A stretch of DNA of 64,000 nucleotides from Phallusia mammillata (lineage: Eukaryota): NCBI GenBank assembly GCA_965637545.1, contig OZ281497.1, positions 21,886,001 to 21,950,000 of the forward strand, written 5' to 3'. The notes beneath the pieces were generated by a model. It was not told the origin of the DNA. It did not search any database and saw only the letters and a list, made by a program, of their open reading frames with translations. The translations under genes were made by a program, and so were the position numbers. Shown piece by piece: positions 25,617 to 37,074 of this stretch (position 1 is the first letter of the stretch; every line of letters starts with the position of its first letter).

Positions 25617-26274
25617 GTAATGAATTTTTGTCGGGTTACTCTCGGTTGAACCTCGAGAATTTGGTTACCAATCGATATACTTGTGTCTGTTTTTTTGTTT
25701 GGTAAATGTTTACCCTAAAGACACAGTTTGACTACCACACATAATCATGTCTTTCACATGAGTTTAAGAAGACCGCCACACAATAAGTTCCTAAACCAAA
25801 TAAATGAGTTACAAATTATCTAAATCTGGGGTAGGCCTTCTGCAGACGAATTGAAGCTTAAAGTAAAACTTGACTCGAATATAACGGATTCATTTGTTGT
25901 TTAAAAAATATTTTAATATGAGACAAAAATTCATAATTTAAAAAATATTGTTTGAAACGTTGTGTTAATACAAACTCAACGGCGCGTGTCCACAATCCTG
26001 CCTTTCTGGAAATTGTGTACACGGGGTGAGTAAATTAATCAGAACTTTACAGATAAAGTTATCAAAACTGATTGTTGAGTTCCGAATTCCCCCCTAAATC
26101 GCAATGGAAATTGTTTACTGGTTTAACGTTTATCTGGAAATACAAATGTTGTGCAACTCTAGTCAGTAAACTGTACATTTTTTTGCTTTTAAAACCAAAA
26201 ACTTGCAAATCAATACAAAAACAGAATGAATAAAGCTATTTGTTTAGGATCAGTGAAACACAAACAGTGGTGAA

Positions 26275-27181
26275 ATGGCAAAGTCAAAGAATCATACCAA
26301 TCATAATCAAAGTGAGTAAAAAGCTTCAAAATTACTTCAACAATTTCATTTTATGAAGTTGTATATTAATTGATATCGCATTGCAAAAAAAAACCTTTGT
26401 TGTGTTTCATCATTTCTGCACATGTGCAGCAGTACGGTATATGATGGGATGGTGATGTTAACAAGTTTTGTTTTTAATATACAGAATTAAAGAATTGCAG
26501 TAATGTGGTCAGGTTGTGTTATGTGTGGTACATTTGTGTAAAAGTGTTATGATTTGAAAAATATGGCATAAACTACAAAGTTGTGTTTGATTTATAAATA
26601 ATGCTGAATTCCAACATAGATTAGTTAATGAAATGCTTTTGCTTTTTTTGGTGACTGTTCACTATTTTTTGTTGGCTAAACATGCATTGTAAATCGTATT
26701 ACTTTTTGAATTGTGGAGAGTAGAGACTCTGCACAGACAATTTTAGTTACTTACGTATAGTCGTTTGTTGTTTATCAAATACACAATCTATCTCTTGTCA
26801 TGTGTTTTAATAAACAAAACATTAAATTATATATAATGTGCTATTATAGAAGGTTCAGATTTCTGATTATATTAGTCTTTTGTTGAAATTGCCTTGACCA
26901 TTTGTAACTCTTTGTGTAGTGTGTTTTCAGCATACAAACTAACAAAAAATAATGTGTTGCAGATAGAAAATGCCACCGCAATGGGATTAAAAGACCAAAA
27001 ACTAATCGCTACCCAAGTTTGAAAGGCGTAAGCTTACTGCATTTGGATTTGTTCTCTAATTGATTTGATCACATTGACTATTGAATAATGTTTCTATCCT
27101 GTGCAGGTTGATCCCAAGTTTTTGAAGAACATGAGGTTTGCCAAGAAGCACAACAAGCGACATCCAGTGGCCAAGAAATAA
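26275..27181 (+). CDS. RPL29: 60S ribosomal protein L29; exons 26275-26311, 26963-27027, 27107-27181
   Basis: Spliced product [64 protein letters not shown] at ~27209. Confidence 0.96.
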
Positions 27182-27317
27182 ATTTTCTATGGCACATTTC
27201 AATCGCTAAATAAACTGCAGAGATGCAATGTGTGTCTTCAATAGTTAGTTACTCTCGATATCCTAGGTTTTGGCATTTAGACTGCAAAAATAGGCTATTG
27301 CTGCCAGGCATAATGTG

Positions 27318-27417
27318 TAACCAAGTATTGCTCATCCAGCAGTTTTATTGTAAACAATCCACGTTTCGAAACTACGATTGTTTACAATAAAACTGCTGGA
27401 TGAGCAACACTTGGTTA
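27318..27417. repeat. 42-bp near-perfect inverted repeat (hairpin) flanked by 14-bp direct repeats
   Basis: Arms 27318-27359 and 27376-27417 with one mismatch. ATTTAGACTGCAAA at 27275-27288 and 27419-27432. Confidence 0.9.
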
Positions 27418-27523
27418 TATTTAGACTGCAAATTGGTCTACCGCAGTGGTTCTCAAACTGTGGTACACCTACCACTAGTGGTATGCGGGTAGCTTTCTAA
27501 AATACTTAATTCAGGCAGGAACT

Positions 27524-27639
27524 TGGCCGAATGGCCTGGCGCGCCTGACCCATATACAGACATAAAAAACCTGATCGGGATTCGTCCCCGGGAGGTTCCT
27601 GGGTTCGAACCCCGTGAAGAAAAAAAAAAAAAAAAAAAA
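27524..27639 (+). mobile_element. Short tRNA-derived SINE with poly(A) tail
   Basis: Box A TGGCCGAATGG and box B GGTTCGAACCC, directly followed by ~20 A. No closed acceptor stem, so not a tRNA gene. Confidence 0.7.
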
Positions 27640-27709
27640 GCCACATCAAGAATTGCTGTTCAACTGACCCAACTGATCAGCCCTGTTTTAGGCAGACCAA
27701 TGTCTAGGA

Positions 27710-28019
27710 CAGTGGTTCTCAAACTTTTTTACCATGCGGCGCATTAAAGAACAAAAATTTCCTTCCGCGGCACACTTCGCAGAGAAACACAACAGAAATT
27801 GATCATAAGTTTATAATTTAGTTAACTTTCAAGATTATTGTGGTGGGTGAGAACGCTTTTTATTACCAATAACTAAAATATGAGCTTTGAAACGTTGTCA
27901 TGCGCACCAGTATTTTGTCATAAAGTCCTAAAACACCTGGGAATGTTTGCACTTAAAAAAATAAAACATTTCGCGGCACGCTTGGAAATCTCTCACGGCA
28001 CACAGTTTGAGAATCACTG
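27710..28019. mobile_element. hAT MITE (nested)
   Basis: TIR CAGTGGTTCTCAAACT / AGTTTGAGAATCACTG; perfect TSD gtctagga. Confidence 0.9.
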
Positions 28020-28280
28020 GTCTAGGACGTGCTTTTCGGAATTGCTAACAAGCTGGTTTCATAAATTAGCTAGTGTAGTCAAGAAGAACTCTTGGTCTAC
28101 TCATTCATACAAGATATAGGTGGTACGCACTACACAGCGATAGAAAAAGTCGCCAGGTAGTACGCAATCAGAATAACTTTGAGAACCACTGGTCTGCCGA
28201 TTTAGTTCTTTCTTACTTTAGAAAAGAAAGGATGTTTGAAGCGGTGAGCTGTTGTCTATGCGGTTTTTGATTCATGGTGC

Positions 28281-28785
28281 GGGTGCATCTAAAATATACA
28301 GGATCGCTTGGTGCATTATTAAGATGCACCTTTATATCACTTGGTTCACATTTATACCGCTTCGTGCACCTTTATATCGCTTGGTTCACATTTATATCAC
28401 TTGGTTCAACCTTTTATCGCGTGGTGAACGTTTAAATCGCTTGGTGCACATTTATATCGCTCGGTTCTAACTTTTATCGCTTGGTGCACATTTAAATCAC
28501 TTGGTTCATCCTTATATCGCTTGGTGCACCTTTGTGCCACTTGGCGTACCAATATATCGCTAGGCAAAGGTGCACCAAGCAAAACAAAGTTGCACCGAGC
28601 GATACAAAGTTACACCGGCCAAAATAAAGGTGCACCAAGTGGAATAAACGTGCACCAAGCGACATAAAGGTTCACCAAGCAACATAAAGGTGTATCAAGC
28701 AACATAAAGGTGCATCATGCGATATAAAAGTGCACTAAGTGATAAAAAGGTGCACCAAGTGATCCTGTATATTTTAGATGCACCG
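28281..28785. mobile_element. Foldback (Mutator/FB-like) non-autonomous element with internal 20-bp minisatellite
   Basis: ~34-bp TIRs. Left arm arrays of TTGGTGCACCTTTATATCGC; right arm carries the reverse complement. 10-bp TSD ttcatggtgc. Confidence 0.85.
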
Positions 28786-28871
28786 TTCATGGTGCTATAA
28801 AACGCAGTGCCGGATTAAGGGTCTGCTGACCTGTAGGCAACCACCATTAGCCGAAATTTGATGCGCTAAGA

Positions 28872-29447
28872 CAGTGGTTCTCAAACTTTTTTGACCGCGA
28901 CCCAAATCTGAGTTTTATGAACATCTCACGACCCAAGCCTCAAACATAAAAAAATGTAACAATTTCGAGGCCACGTTGTCGCCGCATAGGAGTCTGCCCA
29001 TGTCAAAATGGCTGCAGGTTTAACGAGTTCGATTCGACAATACTACATAACACAACACACATTGTGGCTTTGTAGCACCATGGTCATTGATAGAAGTGAA
29101 TCCCAAATCTAAAAATGTTTCTGTGTACGAATACTCATCCTCAAACGCTAACTGGTACGTATCCACGTTCAGTTTTGCATGATTAACTTTTATTCCCCGT
29201 GCTATGACGTAACAATCGCCATGTGCGTAACAGCAAAAATCAGAAGGCTATTGTCAATGAATAGTTCATTTTACTGTGCAACGTGGTCGAGTGAGGGGAC
29301 TTTACTACTACGACATGAGGTAAATTCGTTTGTGTTTACTTAATGCGGTAATATCGTTTGGACAGAATTGAATCACCATAGCGCGACCCATTTTTTGACC
29401 CTGCGCGACCCATGTTTGGGTCGCGACCCATACTTTGAGAACCACTG
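28872..29447. mobile_element. hAT MITE
   Basis: TIR CAGTGGTTCTCAAA / TTTGAGAACCACTG; perfect TSD cgctaaga. Confidence 0.9.
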
Positions 29448-29653
29448 CGCTAAGATATGGTATCCCTAGTTAAAGGTCATTCGGTTTGTAAAGTAACATG
29501 AAGCAGCAGAAACTTAAAAACAAACATTAAACGTTGCCTAACCTGTTTCGGCAAACGTGTCATGTTGTTTGATTTGGATACTTAACTGATAGCAAAACTA
29601 CCTACAGAAGCCGCCAAACATTCGTCCTATTCCTGCTCAGTTCATATCATCAC

Positions 29654-31250
29654 CAGGGAGTCGACCCGGAACTGAACCCGAACCCGCGAACCGGTTTGAG
29701 CGGTTAATTTCTTTAAACCCGAACCGCTAATTACGATTTTCTAAAAACCTGAACCGGATTTGAACCCCTTATTTTGTTTGGCGTTGGACCCGAACCGGAA
29801 CCGAACCAGTAAATGCAGTCCGTTTTATATTTTGCTTTTAAAAAAAAAACAGCACTGAAGAAATCAGGGCTGCCACTTTTGTTTTAACGAAATAATCTAG
29901 ATCAGTGCTCTTCAACCGGGTATACTGTATACCCAAGTGTATACCACATTAAAACTAGGGTATACGACTGAAGAAAGGTATAGGAAGGGAATACAGCTGA
30001 GGTCAGTGTTACTAAACATCGCTATTTTTATGAAATGCAGGAAGACATAGCATGCTGGTGACCTATGTGAGACTGACCTGCTTGCTGTAAATATTATTGC
30101 GTCAGGTTGGGAGTCTGTTAAGATTGAACAATGTACTTTCTGAAATTTTACTTTTAAAGGCCCTGGAGTAAAGGATTGCGGATAAAAAAAATTGAGAACA
30201 AGTCAACACCACACCACATGTCCACATCGCTGAAAGAATGCAGCAACAAGCCAGCCATTAAATCGACTACTTAGGTTTACACACTTTTGTATGCTAAATT
30301 TCCTGGACGTAGCACAGGGGGTGCACAACCTTTCCGCTGTGACGGCCGCATCGTAAATCCTTATTAATAGTGCCTGATGGCCAATTTAATTTCTAGCTTG
30401 TTACGTAGAACAGTCTAGGGATCAGACTTTACTGTTTATAACGTCACCATCTAAATTATGACGCTAATGATGCCTGTTTTCGCATTGTTTACCCATAATA
30501 TGCTTACAAAAAGTCTCAAACATGCGGCTTTTGGGCCAAATATTTCAGTTTACATGTTCACGGCCACAGGTTGTCTACTCCTGGCCTTTTGTATGACAAT
30601 AATTCACGCGACCAGGCAAGTAGCCTACCTATTGGTAGACTGTTACTTTCTATGCACAATTATAAATTGCTATGTGTAGGGTATACAAAGTTGCTTAAAA
30701 ATTGTAAAAGGTATACAACGGGAAAAAAGGTTGAAGAGCACTGATCTAGATTGACCTCAAAAAATATTTTTTATATTTTAGAATCCTTTACAAATATTCT
30801 GTAACATTTGCAATGTAATCTTTTTTACAGTTTTTATAAATTCCTCCCCTGAAATCATGAAATTCCTCCCTTTCCTCCCCGGTTGGGAACCACTGATCTA
30901 GAATCTAGATTCTAGATCTAGCTATAAAATATCTGGAGTGGCAGCCCTGGAAGAAATACGCGAGATAACACTTATAGGGCGTGTCAAAAATAACAGTGCA
31001 CGGGCAAAATTCTTTTGGAGTTGATAAGGCCAGGTATGTGATGGGTAGAATTAAATTGAAACGAAAAAATTTTAAACCGGTTTAAAAACCGCAAACCGGT
31101 TCGAACCTGATAATTTGTCCGAACCGGAACAAAACCCGAACCCGAAAATATACATTTTAAAAAACCGGAACCGAACCCGAACCTTTAAAAACAAAACCAA
31201 GTGAACCCGAACCGAACTTGAACCCATATGACAAGCGGTTCGACTCCCTG
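29654..31250. mobile_element. Nested stack of hAT-type MITEs (29654-31250 > 29865-30949 > 29903-30743, plus fragments)
   Basis: Outer TIR CAGGGAGTCGA with TSD atcatcac/attatcac. Middle TIR CAGGGCTGCCACT with TSD gaagaaat. Inner TIR CAGTGCTCTTCAACC with TSD atctagat. Orphan TIRs at ~30315 and ~30881-30895. Confidence 0.85.
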
Positions 31251-31419
31251 ATTATCACACAAGTAATCGTTAAAAAATATATTTACGCTTGTCTCATCCG
31301 CTTTTGATCAGAAAGGGAGCGAAATATTTTCATTTGAGTTGATTGTTTTATTATTTGCTTGTTTTTTTGTTATTTCGGTATTTCGTCTGCACTTTTTTCA
31401 TAATTTCGTAAAATAAAAC

Positions 31420-33771
31420 ATGGCTGACGATGAATATCAACAAGAACTTGATTCTAACGATGCACGAGCCGATTTTGAGAACGTCCTACAGGGAATGCTG
31501 GATAAAGCAAATGCCGGTGAAAGGTAAAAATAAAAACGTTGTAATTTGTATTTGTAATTTTAATGCAAATTTTGATTTACTTTTGAATGTATGCTGACAA
31601 GCATTGCTTTTCTTGTTTGTGTTTATCTTTGAATGTTGGCTGCGTTTGGCACTAAAGTAGTAATGCATTGAGGTTCTCCATTCAAAAGTTTTCACGGTGC
31701 TGTAGAAGTTGTTTTATTAGTTTCAGTGCCATTATTCCTGCTGTTAAAGAAGAAGTAATTGACAGCTCACAAGAAGAAACCAGAAAATTGTAAGACTTTG
31801 TTTTGTACAAAATCTTTGATAATTATGCAACTAAAAAGAAATAATTAACCTTCTTTTATTGTGAAAATTTTGTTTACTTTTTAATGCTTTTATATGTATA
31901 TTTAGTCCTGTTACTCCTACCAAATCATCTCGAAAAAGAAAGCGAAAGGAAGAAGGCAAAGATGACAAGCAAAAATCAAGTAAAAATACATTTTTTGTTT
32001 CTACATGTTTGGTTAATGCAGTAAACATTAGGTTAGGTAAAGACAACACACCTTGTTTGAACCTGTAAGTTTCGATCAGTACCGCTGGTGCCAAGCCATT
32101 GGCTGTACAAACTAGTACAGCCAGACTACTGGACTCCTTTTTGAGGCACTTACCTGATGAAAAGTCTGGCCTCACCACATCTTGTGGGTGCCACAACTGC
32201 AAACATTGTTGCATAAATAATATAATTAACCACTTATTCTATTGTTACAGATTCATTTATTATGAAGCTATTTGATCGAAGCATTGACCTTGCTGCATTT
32301 AACGAAGACACGCCACTATATCCCATATGCCGTGCGTGGATGAACAATGATCCTTCAGGCAAAAAAACACCGTTGCGGCCTAAAAAGGGTAGTGACGAGG
32401 AGGCCAACAGTAATGTAGGATCTTATTATGTTTCATATGAAAAGTGAAAGTAAACTTTAGTCATTTATAGTTTTTGTTTTAGAGTGAAGATGAAGACGCA
32501 TCTGGCAATGTTACTGAGATCCCAGCACCTAATGTGAGGTGGAACAATATTGATATTAATGGAAAATATATCAGTCCCAGAGTCCCAGCCACAATGCCTC
32601 ATTCCACTGATAGGTCAGTTTATAATTTCAAGTTATTTTGAATCCATGTTGTGTGCACATAACCAGTAGTTTTCTAAGTCAATGCCAGCACCCCTTTAGT
32701 GGGTGGTTAGAACCAGTGCCAGGATTCAAATTTTTTGTCAGTCGGTTCTATCACAAAAGTTATATTTTTCAGCTAGTTCATTGACTGTAAATCTATTGCT
32801 AGTCACCAATAATGCTAACTGGTTCGCTGATCTCATAAAATTCCTTGAGACGATTTTATAGAACTGGTGCGAACCGGCTGAATACCATCGCTGGTTAAAA
32901 CAGAATACAGCCACAATGGCAATTTGGTCATATATCAGGTGTCAGTGAAATGCCACTATCCTGTTGTTTTTACCAGAGGGGTATTGTGAAATCAACAGTG
33001 GTTAAAAGGTGTGGTAAAGCAAAGTTTGAGAAACACTACAGTATAACACTGGTTTCTTTTCTTGTAGTTTACTACTGAAAATCAATTGTATAAACTTGCA
33101 GCTGTAAAAATTTTGCCAAAGTGTGAAGCAAGACAAATTACATATAGTAAGAAAAGAACAAAGCTCCAATATTACCAGGCCTATTTCATAATAGGTTGTT
33201 TAAATGGAAAAAATCTCCATCCAATATGATTTAGAGTTTTGTTTCTTCTAATGTTTCAGGATCAACGATTATTTTGTCAGCCACGTTTCCCCGCCACCGC
33301 CTGAAACCTTACTAATCAACCACATTCGGCGCTGGAGAGCTATAAGAGAACGGTCGGTGTAATGATCATGAGTTAAACCCTTAACTGTTAAATAAATTTG
33401 ATGTAAGTTTAATCCTTTTCCAAACGGTCGGTGTTATGGTCTTAAATAAACCCTAAAATAAGTTTGATGCTTTTCTAATTCTTCGCTGCATTTCTCCATG
33501 TGGTATTCGTTTACAGTAAATGACTCATTTACTGTTTTCAAACTGCTCTTTCAAGCCTTCCTCAATTTTGCTCGTATTTTAGCAACTTCTTTATTATGAG
33601 CTGAAAATGTAGAAAACGTGAGGCCTATGAGTGTAAACGTACAACGCTTGTACATATTTTTGCAGTTGGACGCAGAAGTCTTGCGAAAATGATGCAAGGT
33701 ATGAAGATGGAATGGTGATACTACGCGACATGTTTAATCGCCAGTTGTATGGAAATTCAGAAAGCCAGTGA
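31420..33771 (+). CDS. LIN37: DREAM/MuvB subunit LIN37; ~7 exons (approx. 31420-31523, 31727-31790, 31906-31980, 32231-32413, 32483-32613, 33260-33352, 33666-33771)
   Basis: ARADFENVLQGMLDK, MKLFDRSIDLAAFNEDTPLYPICRAWM and HIRRWRAIRERW...RYEDGMVILRDMF match conserved LIN37 blocks. Internal exon boundaries are approximate. Confidence 0.88.
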
Positions 33772-35721
33772 ACTGCCTTTTACGGGAAGGTCACTAATGG
33801 TGCTATACTGTTGCTCATTTTACTTTCTGTGGGAAAAGTGGGGATGACGTAACGCCAAAGGACACCGCTATTACCCCCAAAAACACCTTTGGCGGCAAAA
33901 AAGCCAAGACTGGCATATGCTGCTGCGTTGAATACATTACCATGAAATAGATATGTTATAGCATAAGCATAGATATGTTATAGCATATTCATGCCAGTTT
34001 TCGTATTGTAATAACGGCATCCTACAAAAGATATTGAGGTTATTAAAAATCCGGTGCCAATTAGGGCGTTCATCGTATACTGCATTCAGATTTTGCAAAC
34101 AAGCCAATTTAGTGCTACAAAAAAGACTGTGATGAACAATGAAAAGTATGACGCCTTTTCACAATTTACGGATGGCACCCCGCTAAACCGCTGCTTTAAA
34201 AAGCGAATTGGAAATACAAAAACAAAGTCCACTTGAGAATTAAGACCTTTCCACTTCAAGGGCAATTTTGATGCCAACTATCTATGTATTTAAACTTTGC
34301 AAAATGCGATTTACGTTTGCACGGTGGTTTCCCAAACCAATGCGTGGGCTTATATATGTGTGGTTAGACAGGCTATTTTTTGCACTAAGAACTTTCGCTT
34401 GGTACCGTTACCTCCGGATTTGCATGTAAGGTTCACGTCAATTAGGCTTATTTAACTGACAGTTTGTGTTTGATATTACTTCAAAAAGGATAAGTTTTTT
34501 TCCCTTCTTGGTGCAGCACCAAGCTTGCAATTTCCTTCACAAAAGATTGGCCAAATATTACTAAACTTTTGATACCAATGCAAAAAATGTTAACAAGGCG
34601 GCAGGTTACGCTAAAACAGGTCGGTAAGTCTTTGACGTTTTGCAACTGGGTACATTTAAGTTTACAAGGCAACAAACGCGGTGGTCTTTGTGGTTTCTAT
34701 TTTCTACAACAAGGTTACAAAATTTACTTTTACGAAAGGCGGTTTAGGCCAGGTTCAAATTCTCGACCTTCCTTCGACACAAGGACTTGATTAAATGCAG
34801 CGAATATCACAGGCAATCTGCCAAACCTATATAAACAACAACAAAACTAAACTCCTTTTAGTCCGTCTTGATGTACATCCTGGAGATAAATGAAGAATGA
34901 GTCACCATGCAATTGAGAAATGCTGCGACCCTTTCTTGCACTGGTTCGTGGCCTGTTGACTTTTGCTGGCAGTAAATTGCAGCCTGCCGAGGAATTCCCT
35001 GTGTGGCTTTGAACTTGACATCGTGCGAGTTCAACTTCGAGCAGATCGATTCGGTTTTGTGTACTTAAAGATGCCGACAAGCAATTAGGCGAAGGTTTTT
35101 CATACGCGAACATTAATTACTCGCTTAATTATATAGCACCCACTTATATTCATGAGTTTTTGTGCACACATTATGTCAAGTAGTCAAACCTTTACAGGTG
35201 TACCAATGAGTGTTATCTAACGCTGCATTTGATGCCATTATTACCATTTTAATGCTCGTTTAAGGTTATTTTAATTCTGCTTTGAAATTCTTTCAACGTC
35301 TGCCAAACTAATGTATTCTGCGTAACTTCTTACAAGCCATTTAAAGTTTTAGTAAATCGAACTTTTTCACCATTTCTTGTATTTTCCATAGCTTTTTGCA
35401 GGCTAGCAGCAAACAAAGCGATTGTCTAAAAAATAGGCACACTGTGAAAGGTAAAGGCACAGTTTAGAATAAATAGAAACTTGTGTGTAGGTTAGTACGC
35501 AATCAAGTGCAGCGCAAAATGCAAAACAGTTCAAGCTCACTCTAAACTGAAACGCGGGGACAACGTAAAATGTGAATTGACAACGCAATAGAATATGCTG
35601 GGGGAAAAATCAGCAAGCAGTTGCAAGTCGCGCACCGTCTATAATGCATATTTATGTGTGTATGTGCTGGGTAATAAAAATACTTTAACAAATAGGTAGA
35701 ACGAAATACTCAAATGAAACA

Positions 35722-37074
35722 CTACAGGTCGAAAATCGGATTTTCCGTTATCCAATCCAATGAATCGTCCATACTGACGCCGCTGTCGCTTCCACTAAGA
35801 CCGGACGGCGAGTCGGCCGACAGATCGCCGCCGATAAAGTCTTGGAAGTCGAGGATCGGCAACTTGTCATCGGCCGCCCCGTAAAACTCGTCCGAAAGGC
35901 AATCGCCAGTGTTCAACATCATAGGGGATGAAGCAGAGTTAAGGTTGCAGTCTCGTAGGTCAACCTTACTGGCTTGTAACTCAGGTGCCAAATTTAGGGA
36001 AACCGGTTGTTGCGACTGACAAAGGTCAAAATCGTAGCCAGCGGCTGGGAGCTGGTTTTCAGGCTTGTTTGTGTGGCTTTCGGTGGACACCGGACGCACT
36101 GGGTTTGGAGAAGCCTCTTCTGCTTCGTGTTGGTGCGTAAAAGACGCTTGGGTGCATTGTCGCTTCGCAGGCGACCCGAGCATCGCGCCGATGGAAGGTA
36201 GCGCTTGTCGGCGAAGGTCTGTCATGGAACGTTTGTGCGGCGCCCCGCGCTGCGGAATTCGGCCTGGGGCTTCCAGCGACCTTTCCATTCCAATCGCTGC
36301 ATTTTCCGACGTCTGATTGCAAAGGCTGTAGTTTTGCGCGACGTTGTGACAATGCGGCGAAGGCTGCTGTTCGACATACTCTTGTTTCACGGCGTGTAAG
36401 TTCGGTTCAATAGCAGGAGAACCAACTTGTCTGCTTTGCATGCCGTTGTATGACATAGATTGCAAAATTTCATGCTGTCGTGCCCCGAGAACTTTGATTG
36501 CGTTCCTGAGGTTTGCTTCAGTGGGCGAGACGCCATTTGCACCTTCGGCGGCGACTGCTTGGTGAATGTTACCTTCCGATTGATGGTGATAAGGTTTTTC
36601 CATTGGGTAAGCTGTTGGCGCACACTCTTGCTGAACTGGGTACTGGGCACCATGCTGGTTCGGTCGGTAAGCATTGGAATAATCTGGGATCCCGGCAACG
36701 CGCAAAGCCTGCTGTTGTGGTGCCTGTTGCTCGGCAAAGTTGTAGGAACGAATAAAATCCTTCTCTCCTTCGAGCCTCATACCAGCCCTTACACACTTCC
36801 GTGCCATCACTTCAAGCCTTGCGCGAAGATATTGATTTTCATCCTCGGTTCTTCTATTCATCTCTTGAAGTTCAGCCACTTGGCGTTCAAGTTCAAGCAT
36901 TCTGGCCTTCTTGCGTTCGCGGGCTGCAAGAGCCGACTGACGGTTGCGTAGCTTCTTGCGTAGCTCTTTGTCCTCGACAGCACTCAAAGGAGTGTTGCTG
37001 TCCACGATTCCACCAGCTGCGTGGTCAGGTTTCGGTAGCACAGGCATCACGCTGTTGTTTGGGGTAAATGGCAT
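35722..37074 (-). CDS. XBP1-like bZIP transcription factor, single coding exon, 450 aa from the first ATG (the track start at 37101 is TTG)
   Basis: RKKLRNRQSALAARERKKARMLELERQVAELQEMN...ENQYLR aligns with XBP1 RRKLKNRVAAQTARDRKKARMSELEQQV...ENQLLR. Acidic C-terminus. Confidence 0.85.
   Translation of the reverse strand: MPFTPNNSVMPVLPKPDHAAGGIVDSNTPLSAVEDKELRKKLRNRQSALAARERKKARMLELERQVAELQEMNRRTEDENQYLRARLEVMARKCVRAGMRLEGEKDFIRSYNFAEQQAPQQQALRVAGIPDYSNAYRPNQHGAQYPVQQECAPTAYPMEKPYHHQSEGNIHQAVAAEGANGVSPTEANLRNAIKVLGARQHEILQSMSYNGMQSRQVGSPAIEPNLHAVKQEYVEQQPSPHCHNVAQNYSLCNQTSENAAIGMERSLEAPGRIPQRGAPHKRSMTDLRRQALPSIGAMLGSPAKRQCTQASFTHQHEAEEASPNPVRPVSTESHTNKPENQLPAAGYDFDLCQSQQPVSLNLAPELQASKVDLRDCNLNSASSPMMLNTGDCLSDEFYGAADDKLPILDFQDFIGGDLSADSPSGLSGSDSGVSMDDSLDWITENPIFDL

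Larger units (their letters stand above)
27444..28191. mobile_element. hAT MITE with nested SINE and a second MITE
   Basis: TIR CAGTGGTTCTCAAA / TTTGAGAACCACTG; TSD gtctaccg/gtctgccg. Confidence 0.8.

Noticed and set aside
26640-26745. H/ACA snoRNA candidate in an RPL29 intron (short hairpin followed by ACA-att)
   Set aside because: No properly spaced H box or first hairpin could be found.
28300-28760. Regular short repeats superficially like a CRISPR array (also the 157-bp array at 20914)
   Set aside because: Eukaryotic context, no unique spacers; these are tandem units within transposon arms.
32060-32200. ACTTACCTG (U1 5'-end-like), a 9-bp hairpin and antisense GT-AG signals in a LIN37 intron
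   Set aside because: The rest of U1 is absent; a 9-mer and short stem are expected by chance; no C/D or H/ACA box set.
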